Shown here piece by piece: positions 1 through 10,690 of a stretch of DNA of 64,000 bases. The stretch spans positions 1,568,001-1,632,000 of the forward strand of contig CBDIID010000003.1 of the NCBI GenBank assembly GCA_965279515.1, given 5' to 3'. This DNA is from Turneriella sp. Lineage in GTDB: Bacteria > Spirochaetota > Leptospiria > Turneriellales > Turneriellaceae. The notes under the pieces are model-generated. The model was not told the DNA's origin, searched no databases, and saw only the letters and a list, made by a program, of their open reading frames with translations. The position numbers and the translations under genes are program-made. Position 1 is the stretch's first letter. Each line of letters begins with the position of its first letter.

Positions 1-2
1 AT

Positions 3-719
3 GACACTGACACCAACCCGCAGCTCTGCCGCAACGACGACGGCTCGGCGATTACCGCTACGGCAATACGCAGCCTTAAGGTCGCTGACCTCAAGAGGCT
101 CGATTGCGGCGCGCTGGGCAATGAAAAATTTCCCGAGCAGAAAAAAGTGCCGGGCACGCGGCTTATGACTCTCGACGAATTCTTCGCGAAGATGCGCGAA
201 GTCGAAACCAACGATGTCGCCAAACGGCGGATTACCTTCAACATCGAAGCCAAATTCCCGAAAGGGGTAAATCCCACCGAAGACGAATTGCGCGTTTTTG
301 CGGCCACGCTCACCGGTAAAGTGGCGAACGCTGGCATGGCGCGCCGCGCGACGCTGCAATCGTTTGAACTGAAGATTCTGCCGCTGCTCAAGGCCGGCAG
401 CCCGGAAAGTAAAACCTCGGCATTGTTCGAGCCGACATACTGGCAGGGGTTCCGTATGTACATGGGCATCGGTGAAGGCCCGCGCGGGGCGATCATCAGC
501 GCCGCACTCGAAGCGCGGGCCGACATTATTTCTCCTTATAAACTCTATGCCAGCGATGACTTTATCCACGCCGCGCATGCAAAAAAGCTCGCTGTCATTC
601 CCTGGACGGTGAATGAAAAGAGCGAAATGGTCGAACTCTTGCGGCGCGGGGTTGACGGCATTATCTCTGATTACCCCGACCGCCTCAAGGCGGCGTATGC
701 CGAAGTTTATGCGCGTTAA
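3..719 (+). CDS. Glycerophosphodiester phosphodiesterase (GDPD) family, 5'-truncated by the window edge
   Basis: Frame is open from position 3 (DTDTNPQLC...LKRLDCG). Motifs FNIEAK, LQSF, PWTVN and GVDGIISDYPD. Confidence 0.9.
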   Translation, partial: DTDTNPQLCRNDDGSAITATAIRSLKVADLKRLDCGALGNEKFPEQKKVPGTRLMTLDEFFAKMREVETNDVAKRRITFNIEAKFPKGVNPTEDELRVFAATLTGKVANAGMARRATLQSFELKILPLLKAGSPESKTSALFEPTYWQGFRMYMGIGEGPRGAIISAALEARADIISPYKLYASDDFIHAAHAKKLAVIPWTVNEKSEMVELLRRGVDGIISDYPDRLKAAYAEVYAR

Positions 720-1506
720 ATTTCTCGTAGCGGCATGCGCATTTTTGCCCTACACGGTTCTTTCAGCAGCTGAGACAGAACCGCAAAAGCTCCCGCTCGA
801 TTTTTCTCCCGAACCGGGAATCACGGTGAGCGTCGAAGAGCAAAAGGGCAAAATACGCCTGCGCGTCGGCAAAGAGAAAGCCATTGAAATCGGCGAACTC
901 GACCCCGCGAGTGAAATGACGGGCAACAAGCCTGTCATCGTCGCCGACTTCAATTTCGACGGCGCGGCCGATCTCGCAGTGCTCGACGGCATCGGCTACA
1001 ATGGCGTGAACATGTTTTACCGGCTCTACCTCTGGGAAAAAGGCAAACAGCGTTTCCGCGAAATCAAAGAGACGATCAGCAATCCCGTTCTCTATAAAGA
1101 CAAATCCCTGATCTTGAGCGCACAGCGCTCGGGGCCGCGCTGGTACCAGACGATATTCCGTGTTGTGAACGGCGAGATCTACCGCTTCGCCGATGCGCAG
1201 ATGCTGAACAACCCCACGCTCTGGGGTATCACGTTTTCGGACAGTGCAGGAAAACCGGGGAGACGCGCCGTCGTTGCAGCGGCATGGTTTGAAAAGCTGA
1301 CACTGCCGTTGCCGGTTTTCGAGGCAGATTACTCCCCCGCCCTCTGCAACGGCGACAAAGCTCCCGCAAAAGGAACGCCTAACAAAGACAAAATACGCGT
1401 CAAACTTCTCGATTTCCGCGAAGAAGGCGGAGAGGTGCAGATCGAAGCCGGCGCGGGAAAAAAACTGCGCTGGGTAAACGCCGACTGCTTTGCCGTTGAC
1501 GATTAA
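709..1506 (+). CDS. Exported hypothetical protein with an FG-GAP/VCBS-like DFNFDG motif
   Basis: Likely ATG at 709 overlaps the end of the GDPD gene. Signal peptide MRVKFLVAACAFL...SA; motif ADFNFDGAADLAV. Confidence 0.65.
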   Translation: MRVKFLVAACAFLPYTVLSAAETEPQKLPLDFSPEPGITVSVEEQKGKIRLRVGKEKAIEIGELDPASEMTGNKPVIVADFNFDGAADLAVLDGIGYNGVNMFYRLYLWEKGKQRFREIKETISNPVLYKDKSLILSAQRSGPRWYQTIFRVVNGEIYRFADAQMLNNPTLWGITFSDSAGKPGRRAVVAAAWFEKLTLPLPVFEADYSPALCNGDKAPAKGTPNKDKIRVKLLDFREEGGEVQIEAGAGKKLRWVNADCFAVDD

Positions 1507-1520
1507 TCCCCCAACCTGTT

Positions 1521-4500
1521 TCAGTCAAATTTAACGAATTGTGGTCTCGATTCCGGAAGCTTCTGGACCAGCGTTCGTCGGCCCTTTCCATTGGTGAAAT
1601 GGACACTCTGCGGGGCGGCCACAACGTCCGGTTTTTTTGCCGCATGCATAACCTGCTGATCAGACAGTTTAAAGGAGCTGATCGTCTCTTGCAATGTCGA
1701 AGCCTGCGCGCTCAGCTCTTCGGCCGTGCTGGCCATCTCTTCGGATGCCGAAGCATTGGATTGAGTGACCGAATCGAGCTGATGCATCGATTGTTGCATC
1801 TGCTCAACACCGATTTTTTGCTGCTGCGATGCGGCGTTAACCTCTTGCACCAGATCGGCCGTATTCTGGATCGTCGGGACAATAACCTGAAGGAGTTCGC
1901 CGGCCTTTTCGGATATGCCGACGCTGCGCTGAACCAACGCACCGATCTCCTGGGCCGCAGCACGGCTGCGCTCAGCCAGCTCACGGACCTCCGAGGCAAC
2001 AACGGCGAAACCCCGGCCATGATCGCCAGCGCGCGCCGCTTCGATCGCCGCGTTTAGGGCAAGCAGATTTGTTTGGTATGCAATTTCCTCCACGAGTTCT
2101 ATTTTTTTGGAGATATCGCGCATGACCTCCACGGTTTCTGTCACCGCCCTGCCTCCTTCGACGGCCTTCTTCGCGGCCTCGACGGCGATGCTGCTCGTAC
2201 GCATCGTATTTTCAGTATTCTGCACGATCGTCGCTACCATTTCTTCGAGCGAGGCCGAACTTTCTTCGACATTAGCGGCTGCCTCGGTCGCTGATTGGCT
2301 GATGGATTGCGCCGTCGCATTCACCTGTTGTGACGCGGATATCAAATTGCCGGCATTACTGGCAATGTTACCGATCAAATCGGAGAGCGTAACTGTCATT
2401 TTATTGATAGATACCTTGATTTCGCCGAACAAACCCTGGTAATCGGCCGTAATACTCTGCGTCATATCGCCCTGGCTCATGAACGCGACGACATTTGCCA
2501 GGTCGCGCATCGCCGCTTCGGTGATTTCGTTGATTTCATTGAGCCCCTGACTCAGAAGTTTCATGAACCCAACCTTTCCGGTTAAATCGATACGCACCGA
2601 ATAGTCGCCCTTTGTAGCGAGGCTCACCACCTCTTCGATCTCCTTTTGGATTTTCAGCTCCGAGGTGCGATCGATCCATTGCAGCGCTCCGCCCAGTCGT
2701 TCGCCGTTCTCATCGACTACCGGCGTGAGAACAAGATCAAAGGTCCTGTCACCCAAATGTATCTGTTTTTCGTAGGTCTTTTGCAGCGATTGCAATATGT
2801 TCCGTTGATTTTCAGGAACTTTATGGTACCCGTCCATTTTGCTCCCGAGAATAGCGGAGACCCGAAAGTTGGGCAACGTTTGCTGAATTTGCGCTTCGGC
2901 CTCGAGCATCATATTTTTCACGGCCTTGTTCATATAGATGATAGTTCCCTCTGCATCGGCGATCATAATATTCGCCGAAACATTGTCGAGGGCGACCTTG
3001 TTGCGCAGGGTTTCCTGCAGCAAAATTTTCGTTTCCGTCATATCGAGACCGAGTCGGTTTTTCATGCCGCGCAATTTGAGTACGATCGTATCCAGCTCGT
3101 CTTCTCCTGTTGCGGGAACGTATCCGGAAAAAACTCCCGATTCCATTTGTGATAAATCGTTTACCAGCAGCTGGCTACGCTCGCGTATGCCTCGTAGTGC
3201 AAGAAAGAATAAACCGCCGCATAGCGCGAGTATCCCCAAACTGAGCAGCATGATCAGGATAATATTCCGGAAAGCCGCGAATTCCCGCCCGCTCAGAAGT
3301 TGATTCAGATGCCTGAACATGTCACCCTGCAGCGCATACAGTGATCCGACGAGTTTCGTGGAACCCGCGAACACTTCCTCGGCATACACTGCTCCGCGTT
3401 TCTTTGCAGATATATCTCTTCTGGCCTGCGCCAGGAACGCGCCGGTGTCGCGTAACGTCTGCTCGAGGCGTTCTTTCAGGTCGGGCATAGAACCCTGATT
3501 ATGTTTCACGGCGTTTGCGATCGAAACGTTCAGTTCCTCTAAAATGAGTTCAACCTTGTTCATTTCAAACGCCGTATCGACGATTCTATGCGCATTGTGG
3601 TCATTGAGAGCATCGAAGGTTAATCCCGCACGCAGTCGCCCCAGTGTATTGGTCAACCTTGGCATGATTTGGGACGCCGGGATAATAAGATAATACGATT
3701 CCGGTTCCGGATCGAGATCCAGTAGCGATATCGCCTTTATTTCATCGATAAAGGCAATACCCTGATTTACGATATCGTTCAGATCCCCGAAGGATTGATT
3801 TCCCAGATCGGCTGTCGCGGCTTTGAGTTTTTCAAAGAAGGGTTTGAAGCTTGTTGATTCTTTTATCAGGCCGCGAAATTTTTCGGCCGATTGTTCTAAC
3901 GCGGCTGTATCGCTCTGGATACGGGTTTGCAGCTCGAGCACCTGCTTTCCGGAAAATCCGGGTGATGCGACATTTGCATAACGCAATCCCCGATAGCGCA
4001 GCAGCTGACGGAAACCTTCGTTAGTTTCAGAGATGAATTGCATGCCGCGCTTCTCGCTGCGTATCACGCTGATCGCCTTAAAATAGTCGACCAGCCACAA
4101 TGAACCGACGATGAAAGTCGGCAAAAGCAGCATAAGCGCCACGCTACCCAGTTTACCTGTCAGGCTGAATTTCGCTATGACATTCATTCTTTCAAGAAAC
4201 GGGGAAGTATAAAAGCGCCCGTTCTTGATGTATAATTTCCCTACGGCAATATTCCTGTATGCCTCTTCTGCCTCGCGTTTTTCGGCGTCGCTGATCGGGT
4301 ATCTCACAGACAAATAACCGGTCATAACGCCGTTTTCAACAATGGGAGAAACATTGGCGCGTACCCAATAGTGATCGCCGTCCTTGCAGCGGTTCTTCAC
4401 GCACTGCGCCCATGGCCGGCCGCTTTTTATGGTGCTCCATAAATCCGCAAATACCGCGGATGGAACATCGGGGTGGCGGATCACATTATGTGGTTGCCCC

Positions 4501-4646
4501 ATCAGTTCATGGGCCGGGAATTTTGCGGCTTCTGCGAAATCCTTATTTACATAGGTGATGATTCCCTTTAAATCGGTCTTGGTAACCAACTGGGCGTTTT
4601 CGCGAATCCTGAATTCGCGGTTTGTTACGGGTCCGTTATTTTTCAT
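1521..4646 (-). CDS. Methyl-accepting chemotaxis protein: Aer-type PAS, two TM helices with a periplasmic domain, second (Aer2-like) PAS, HAMP, MA domain
   Basis: N-terminal [35 protein letters not shown] (Aer PAS); [22 protein letters not shown] (Aer2-like PAS); [38 protein letters not shown]. Confidence 0.95.
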   Translation of the reverse strand: MKNNGPVTNREFRIRENAQLVTKTDLKGIITYVNKDFAEAAKFPAHELMGQPHNVIRHPDVPSAVFADLWSTIKSGRPWAQCVKNRCKDGDHYWVRANVSPIVENGVMTGYLSVRYPISDAEKREAEEAYRNIAVGKLYIKNGRFYTSPFLERMNVIAKFSLTGKLGSVALMLLLPTFIVGSLWLVDYFKAISVIRSEKRGMQFISETNEGFRQLLRYRGLRYANVASPGFSGKQVLELQTRIQSDTAALEQSAEKFRGLIKESTSFKPFFEKLKAATADLGNQSFGDLNDIVNQGIAFIDEIKAISLLDLDPEPESYYLIIPASQIMPRLTNTLGRLRAGLTFDALNDHNAHRIVDTAFEMNKVELILEELNVSIANAVKHNQGSMPDLKERLEQTLRDTGAFLAQARRDISAKKRGAVYAEEVFAGSTKLVGSLYALQGDMFRHLNQLLSGREFAAFRNIILIMLLSLGILALCGGLFFLALRGIRERSQLLVNDLSQMESGVFSGYVPATGEDELDTIVLKLRGMKNRLGLDMTETKILLQETLRNKVALDNVSANIMIADAEGTIIYMNKAVKNMMLEAEAQIQQTLPNFRVSAILGSKMDGYHKVPENQRNILQSLQKTYEKQIHLGDRTFDLVLTPVVDENGERLGGALQWIDRTSELKIQKEIEEVVSLATKGDYSVRIDLTGKVGFMKLLSQGLNEINEITEAAMRDLANVVAFMSQGDMTQSITADYQGLFGEIKVSINKMTVTLSDLIGNIASNAGNLISASQQVNATAQSISQSATEAAANVEESSASLEEMVATIVQNTENTMRTSSIAVEAAKKAVEGGRAVTETVEVMRDISKKIELVEEIAYQTNLLALNAAIEAARAGDHGRGFAVVASEVRELAERSRAAAQEIGALVQRSVGISEKAGELLQVIVPTIQNTADLVQEVNAASQQQKIGVEQMQQSMHQLDSVTQSNASASEEMASTAEELSAQASTLQETISSFKLSDQQVMHAAKKPDVVAAPQSVHFTNGKGRRTLVQKLPESRPQFVKFD

Positions 4647-4948
4647 TTTTCTCCTTTTCTCTCAAAAAAAACTTTCTCATAACCGGCGGGCAAGCTGACC
4701 GGAAAAGGGAAGCCCGGCAAAACATGCCACGCGAGTCCGACTCTCGTACAGATAACGAGACCTTTTTATATTTTATTAAGCGTGCCATACAACTATCTCC
4801 CCTTTCAGGTCAATGTTTAGCAGATTTTGTGGCGGAAGTCAATTCGACTAACAGTAGAAAAAATTGCGTGAAAACACGGAGGGTTACACGATTCCCGGAC
4901 GATGGTTTGTATTAAAAAAGGCGCGCGCTGGTTACGAAACCGCCGCGA

Positions 4949-5794
4949 TTATTTCACAACGAGATAATTCACACGGCCATAGACAGGGTGAATGCGGCTT
5001 TTTTTTGTCGCGACTGTTTGTTTCAGCTTGCCATCCACCCGGTACAAAAACGTATATTCACCCGGGGGAATAACCTTGCGTAGTTCAAAAAAGCCGTCTT
5101 CGCTGCGCGCTAAGAAATCCCGCTGCGGATTCCACTGGTTGAAATCGCCGGCAATACTCGCCGTCTCGGCCTCGCCCGCCGGAATGCGGAACAGGACCTC
5201 GCGGCCATGATTCACCGGTGTATCGAGAACAAAAACACCGGTAGAAGAGGCAAAGTGGTCGTGCAGCAAATGGAAGACCGAAGCCATCTGGCCACCGGTA
5301 TCTTTCTCGTGCTGTTCATGCGTGTCGTCGACTGTGTAGAGGCCGTCGACCCAGAATTTATAGCGCATCTTTTTCGTGGGTGACGAGTGCACAATCTCGG
5401 GCGGCACATAGAAATAGATCCAGACGCCGTATTTGTTGCGGCGCATCGCCTGGTGGGGAAAACCCGGGATATCGGCGACAAAACGCACTTCGCGAGCCGC
5501 GCGGTTATGGTATGAAAAAAGCACACCGCGCGTCGCCATGCCATTGCCGCGCGCATACTGGAAGGAATCCATTAAGGTGATAAAACGCGGTTTTTCCGGT
5601 GCCCGCATGGTATCGAGCGTATTGCCGTAAACCATCGGTTCGCTCGCCGCCTGGTTCTGCTCGAGTTGCTCCGAAGTCAGGTCAAAATCTTCGCTGGGGC
5701 CCGGGGTCGCGCCGAGGGTCGTCGCCGCAACGACAAGCGCGAGATATCCCCATATTTTGGTTGCTGGACTGTACTTACCGGTTGTAGGTGACAT
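4949..5794 (-). CDS. Exported protein with two glycogen-binding (CBM48/AMPK-beta-like) modules
   Basis: N-terminal hydrophobic segment. MRRNKYGVW..YKFWVDG and SIAGDFNQWNP..GEYTFLYRVDG are CBM48-like motifs. Confidence 0.75.
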   Translation of the reverse strand: MSPTTGKYSPATKIWGYLALVVAATTLGATPGPSEDFDLTSEQLEQNQAASEPMVYGNTLDTMRAPEKPRFITLMDSFQYARGNGMATRGVLFSYHNRAAREVRFVADIPGFPHQAMRRNKYGVWIYFYVPPEIVHSSPTKKMRYKFWVDGLYTVDDTHEQHEKDTGGQMASVFHLLHDHFASSTGVFVLDTPVNHGREVLFRIPAGEAETASIAGDFNQWNPQRDFLARSEDGFFELRKVIPPGEYTFLYRVDGKLKQTVATKKSRIHPVYGRVNYLVVK

Positions 5795-5801
5795 AAATCC
5801 C

Positions 5802-5836
5802 TCAAATTATTTTCGGAAAATCCGATAAATACTTTA
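5802..5836. promoter_or_regulatory. Overlapping divergent sigma28 (FliA)-like promoters
   Basis: Plus strand TCAA-N15-TCCGATAA (5802-5828). Minus strand TAAA-N15-TCCGAAAA (5836-5810). Confidence 0.55.
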
Positions 5837-5859
5837 GGGATAAACCCCCCGGAAAGCGC

Positions 5860-8800
5860 ATGGCTGACGAGCAACCAAAACCTGAAATTACTTACACTCC
5901 CGAAGAGCTCGCGACCATTAACGACCTCACGAGTTTTTTCCTCAAAGCGCCCGGCCAGGTCGATCTCGACCAGAATGAAGATGTACCCGAGGGCGAAACA
6001 GGCCCCGATCTCGGCGATGCCGCCGTCGATGCAGCGGCGCCCAAGCGCCCCGTAGCAGACCTCTCTAAATTCGACGACGTCATGAACATGGACGTCGATA
6101 ATTTTGACGCCCCGGCGGCGGCCGACGAACCACAAGATGTGCCACTGGCGGATGAACCCACGGGCGACGAACCGGCCATGGATTTCGGCGATTCACCCGA
6201 ACTCCCGGGCGCAGATCCCCTGGTCGCAGCAGCAGATACCGGTGACTTTGCCCTGCCGGGAATCGACGAACCAACAACCGCACCCACCGACGATCTCGCG
6301 AGTGATTTTACTTTCGATGAAACACCGGCTGCAGAGACGCCTGCGGGCGGTATGGATTTGGGCGACCTGGATCTGCCACCGGCTACATCCGCTGCGCCCG
6401 CGGGCGATGATTTTACCCTCCCCGATGCAGGCAGTGACCTCGACTTCCCGGCTGCTGAGCCCGCGGCCGAGGCGATGGATTTCGGAACGGATTTGGCCGC
6501 ACCGGATACTGCAACCGGTGATACAGCCTCTTTAGACTTTGATCTGCCCGCAGAAACAGCAGCGCCGTCGCTCGATGATTTTGCGCTGCCCGATACTGCC
6601 GCTCCCGACACGGGCAGTGATTTTAATTTCGACACACCTTCCACAGACGGCCTCGACACCGTTGCTCCCGCCGCCGACGCGGGGATGGACTTCGGTGACG
6701 CTCCGGCTGCAGCTCCCGATCTCGGAGATTTCGATTCAGCGCCGGCATCACAACAGGACGATTCCTTTAACTTTGATTCTGCCGCGCCGTCGCTCGACGA
6801 TCTCTCACCCGAAGTGGCGCTCGGCGCCGGTGCCGCAGCGGGAGCTCTTGCCGGTGCCTCGCTTTCTTCTGACCTGAGTTCACTTGCAGCCGAAGAAGCG
6901 GCGACAGTGGACCCCGCGACGCTGCGCCGCGTGCGCGAAACGCTGCGCGCCTTCCCCGCGCCGCTGCGCCGCCGCCTGAGCAAAGCACTGCTCGACGAGA
7001 ACATGAAGGCCGCGGATTCGAACGAGCTGATGCGGCTGCTCTCCGAAGGGGCATCCGCCAATGAAGTCAGCGCGTGGCTCGATTCGAAAAACGTCGAAGA
7101 AATTCCCGAAGAGGCAGCCGATGGTCAGGGCCCGCGCATCATCATGGCGCGCCCCGAGTATACCGACGAGGGGCTCGCGCGGCAAGAACGTCTCATCAAG
7201 CTCACGCGCTTCGGTGCGATTGCTGCCTTCGTACTGATCGCCGTGGTGGGCGGCGCCTATTTATCCCTGATTAAACCCTACTTCTACCGTCAGGCAGTCG
7301 CGAAAGGCCGTGACATGATTCTGCAACGCGGCAGCGCGGCAATACCAGACGCCGAGCGGCAGTTCGAAAAAGCCCTCAGCTATTACGATAAAGACACCTA
7401 TGCCTTCCTTCAATATGCGGATGCCTACCGGTACAAAGGCCTCTACGCCGACGCATTCGCGAAACTTTTTGCCGAAGTGAAGCTGCCCGGTATGGCTGCG
7501 AAAGTCGGTGATAAAGAAGTGCGTTCCAGCGCAGAACTTTTCGGCGCATTAAAACGTGTGCCGGTGGTCGCCTATGCCGGCGGCGAAAGCATGGTGGCGG
7601 TTAACGGGACTCCCCTTGCCGTAGGCAAAAAAGGCGCCTATGTGATTTCTCACCTCGACAACCGTAAAGACGAGGCGCAGGTATTGCTCGCACTCGGTCA
7701 GTTCCATTCGAATCCTTCACGCCGCTTCGGCCGCGAGCCGTATAAGAATAATTTTCTCGGCGCCGACTATTACCGCCGCGTGCTGATGGCCAACCCGGCG
7801 ACACCTGCCTTCAAAAAAGAAGAAATGATGGACCGCGCCGTCATGGGTATCGGCGACATCTTCTATCACGAAAAAGATTATGACCGCGCGCTCGACTATT
7901 ATAAGAAGATTCTGGATAAAGAACCCGACAACGTTACGGCACATGCAGGCGTGTTAAAATCACTCATTAAGCTCTTTCATCTCAACAACGACCCACGCAT
8001 GGTGATCCAGCATCACACAATGGTGCGCGGCAAGAAGATCGAAAATAAATTGCCGATGTACATCAAGGCGCGCCTGGCAGCGTTCTATATCGACCTGCCG
8101 GCCGACAACGAGCTGCGCGTGAAATACAACATTTCCCCTTCGAATATGCTGACGGGTCAGCAGCTCAAGACGCGCACCGACGACCTGTTAACCTCGATCT
8201 TCAACTCGAGTGAAACCGATAATTTCGGCGTCAAACACGAGGGTGCCAAATTCGCCGAAGGTTATTACCAGCGTGCGCGCTCTTACGCCAAAGACAAAAA
8301 CCAGGTGCGCATGGCCCTGAAACAATTCGAATACGCCTACCACTATGACCAGCGCCACTTCATGGCGCTCAACGATCGCGCAGAACTACTCACAATGCTG
8401 AATGACTTTTCGGGTGCGACGGAACTTCTCCGCCTCGCCAAGCAGCTCAGCACACCGGACAAACTCGCCGACCTCGGTGAAAACGAACAAGACGAAACGC
8501 TGTCCGACGCCCCGGTCGGTATCATTTCTTTCAACATGGGAAAAGCCATGTACCTCGATGCCATACGTGACCTGGCGAATTCAGAGACATGGCTGCGTCT
8601 GAAAGAAGTGCAGAAATACCGGTCGCAATCCGACAACGGCGCCAATGCACTCCTGGCGCACCTCGACCGTATCGAACTCGAATTCAACGAAGCGAAAACT
8701 CTGGGCATCTCGGGCACAAAGGCTGAAAGCGAACTCATGTACTTCTCGGGCTGGTCAAAATTTGTGAAAAACGACCACCGGGGAGCGCTGACCGACTGGG

Positions 8801-9258
8801 AAAAAATCGACCCGGAAAAGACTTCATCGCTGCCGAACCTCAGCCTCGCGCAGTCGCATTGCTACTACCGTCTTGCCGTCGAAGAACCCATGGCAGCAAA
8901 ACGTGAAAAATACCTCGATAGCGCTTTAGGCCTGCTCTTCTATTCACAGGACCGCTACAATGCGCGCGTCGGCACCATCACGCGCATCGACGCTTCGAAC
9001 GAGAAACATGCGCGCCTGATGTCAAACCTCGCCATCATCGAAAATAATATCGGCGCGATCTATGAGATGCTCGACGACGAGCAAAAATCGCTGATGCACT
9101 ATTGGAAATCGATCGAAAACTCGAAGCGCATCGGTAAAGAGAACGAAATTGCCAACCTCAATATCCGCCTGAGCTTCAAGCGCAAGGCACTAGGCGAGGG
9201 GGAAAATTATCCCGTGATTATGGATTATGTACCCCCGCTGATTACCGACGAACTTTAA
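5860..9258 (+). CDS. flcA: Periplasmic-flagellum collar protein FlcA-like (acidic low-complexity N-terminus, one TM helix, TPR periplasmic region)
   Basis: About 350 aa D/A/P-rich repeat region, then TM FGAIAAFVLIAVVGGAYLSLI, then several TPRs (e.g. GIGDIFYHEKDYDRALDYYKKIL). Architecture matches spirochaete FlcA; sigma28-like promoter upstream. Confidence 0.7.
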   Translation: MADEQPKPEITYTPEELATINDLTSFFLKAPGQVDLDQNEDVPEGETGPDLGDAAVDAAAPKRPVADLSKFDDVMNMDVDNFDAPAAADEPQDVPLADEPTGDEPAMDFGDSPELPGADPLVAAADTGDFALPGIDEPTTAPTDDLASDFTFDETPAAETPAGGMDLGDLDLPPATSAAPAGDDFTLPDAGSDLDFPAAEPAAEAMDFGTDLAAPDTATGDTASLDFDLPAETAAPSLDDFALPDTAAPDTGSDFNFDTPSTDGLDTVAPAADAGMDFGDAPAAAPDLGDFDSAPASQQDDSFNFDSAAPSLDDLSPEVALGAGAAAGALAGASLSSDLSSLAAEEAATVDPATLRRVRETLRAFPAPLRRRLSKALLDENMKAADSNELMRLLSEGASANEVSAWLDSKNVEEIPEEAADGQGPRIIMARPEYTDEGLARQERLIKLTRFGAIAAFVLIAVVGGAYLSLIKPYFYRQAVAKGRDMILQRGSAAIPDAERQFEKALSYYDKDTYAFLQYADAYRYKGLYADAFAKLFAEVKLPGMAAKVGDKEVRSSAELFGALKRVPVVAYAGGESMVAVNGTPLAVGKKGAYVISHLDNRKDEAQVLLALGQFHSNPSRRFGREPYKNNFLGADYYRRVLMANPATPAFKKEEMMDRAVMGIGDIFYHEKDYDRALDYYKKILDKEPDNVTAHAGVLKSLIKLFHLNNDPRMVIQHHTMVRGKKIENKLPMYIKARLAAFYIDLPADNELRVKYNISPSNMLTGQQLKTRTDDLLTSIFNSSETDNFGVKHEGAKFAEGYYQRARSYAKDKNQVRMALKQFEYAYHYDQRHFMALNDRAELLTMLNDFSGATELLRLAKQLSTPDKLADLGENEQDETLSDAPVGIISFNMGKAMYLDAIRDLANSETWLRLKEVQKYRSQSDNGANALLAHLDRIELEFNEAKTLGISGTKAESELMYFSGWSKFVKNDHRGALTDWEKIDPEKTSSLPNLSLAQSHCYYRLAVEEPMAAKREKYLDSALGLLFYSQDRYNARVGTITRIDASNEKHARLMSNLAIIENNIGAIYEMLDDEQKSLMHYWKSIENSKRIGKENEIANLNIRLSFKRKALGEGENYPVIMDYVPPLITDEL

Positions 9259-10493
9259 GAGCGGCGTAACTCTTTCAGCGCGTCGGATTCATGCGCAAAA
9301 TAATACACTGCAATCGCAAACGCTAAGAACTGCATCAGCGCGCTGGCAAAAAACGGCATCCCTGCCTGTAGCGTGTTAATCGCGCCGGGCGCATGCGTGA
9401 ATTTCGAGAGGATAGTAAGGCCGATGAACGGCGCTGTGACCTGGCAGAGACTCGCAATTGAAGTGAGTGAACCCATGGCGATACCCTGCTTATCGGGTGG
9501 CACACAGCGCGAGACGTGGGCCTGCAATGACGGCCCGGCGGCGTTGGCGAGAATACATACCGCGAGAATCACATACATATAAAAGCCCTGCGGCGCCAGG
9601 CCCATGAGAACAAATTGCAGCGCGCAAAAGAACAATCCTATTTTTGCAAGGCTCACTTCGCCGAATTTCTTAATCAGCACGCCTAACAGGCCGCCCTGCA
9701 CGATCGCGGCAGAAATACCGACGCAGAAAAGCGCGATGCCGTTGTCTTTCGGCGTCCAGAAGAAGCGCGTCTCTGTGTAACGCACCCAGACCGAGTGCAT
9801 CATGAACTGCGCGAGGTTGGTGAGCGCAATCGCGAGAATAAACATGCCGAGGCCTTTCAGTTCGACGAGACCTTTAAGGGCTGAAAAGGCATTGGCCTTT
9901 TTCAGGGAGAATGGCGTGCGCAGCTTGTGCGGCAATGACTCGGGTAAAACGAAAAAGCCGTAGACGGCGTTCAGCAGCGAGAAACCCGCAGCCGCGAAGA
10001 ACGGATACTCCGCTTTATAGTCGCCGAGAAAACCGCCGAGCATTGGCCCCAGAATAAAACCGATACCGAAGGCCATACCAATCATGCCGAAACCTTTCGC
10101 GCGGTCTTCGCTGGTTGTGACATCGGCTATGTACGCGCTACCCACCGAAAAACTTGCACCGGTGATGCCGCCAAGAATGCGCGCCAAAAAAAGAACCGGA
10201 ATCGACCACGCAATGCCCTGCAAAATAAAATCGAATCCCAGGCCCACGATGGAAATCAGAATCACCGGCCGGCGGCCAAACTTGTCCGAAAGCGCGCCTA
10301 AGATCGGCGAGAAGAAGAACTGCATGATGCCATAACTCGCGGTCATGATCATGTACCAGTTGTTGGTCTCGACATCGCTCGAAGTGAACTTTGCCACCAT
10401 CTTCGGCATCACCGGAATGATGAGGCCGAAGCCGATAACGTCTAAAAGAATCGTAATAAAGATAAAAGAAGCGCTTGCTCGGGATGCTGCCAT
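9255..10493 (-). CDS. TCR/Tet-family MFS drug:H+ antiporter
   Basis: LLDVIGFGLIIPVMP, GALSDKFGRRP (motif A), YIADVT, FILGPMLGG, LPES. Confidence 0.92.
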   Translation of the reverse strand: MAASRASASFIFITILLDVIGFGLIIPVMPKMVAKFTSSDVETNNWYMIMTASYGIMQFFFSPILGALSDKFGRRPVILISIVGLGFDFILQGIAWSIPVLFLARILGGITGASFSVGSAYIADVTTSEDRAKGFGMIGMAFGIGFILGPMLGGFLGDYKAEYPFFAAAGFSLLNAVYGFFVLPESLPHKLRTPFSLKKANAFSALKGLVELKGLGMFILAIALTNLAQFMMHSVWVRYTETRFFWTPKDNGIALFCVGISAAIVQGGLLGVLIKKFGEVSLAKIGLFFCALQFVLMGLAPQGFYMYVILAVCILANAAGPSLQAHVSRCVPPDKQGIAMGSLTSIASLCQVTAPFIGLTILSKFTHAPGAINTLQAGMPFFASALMQFLAFAIAVYYFAHESDALKELRRS

Positions 10494-10690
10494 GCGGCGA
10501 AAAAAAACATCGGAACAGGAAGTCGAAATGTTTTAAGGTCAGTTATCCAGCAAGCGAGCGGAAACCGGCGGCACAGGAGACCATTCCACGCCTCTCAAAT
10601 TTTAATCACGCATACATATTATTAACTTTACACACCAAGATGGTTTGATTTTCTCCCGATTCCGATGCACCCGCTAAGAGAACTATAGAT

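Noticed and set aside
4715..4790. Possible sigma54 promoter (TGGCACG, TGGCATG on the minus strand) or riboswitch upstream of the MCP gene
   Set aside because: The first lacks the -12 GC and the second has the wrong GG-to-GC spacing. I could not match the short hairpins to any riboswitch consensus.
5892..7061. 389-aa antisense ORF, and the many other overlapping ORFs in the track (e.g. 55035-55931, 59043-59837, 48001-48798)
   Set aside because: Shadow frames of well-supported genes in GC-rich or low-complexity sequence; Ser/Ala/Arg-rich with no recognisable motifs.
9255..10493. Calling this a tetA tetracycline-resistance gene
   Set aside because: Family-level similarity only; no adjacent tetR and no mobile context.
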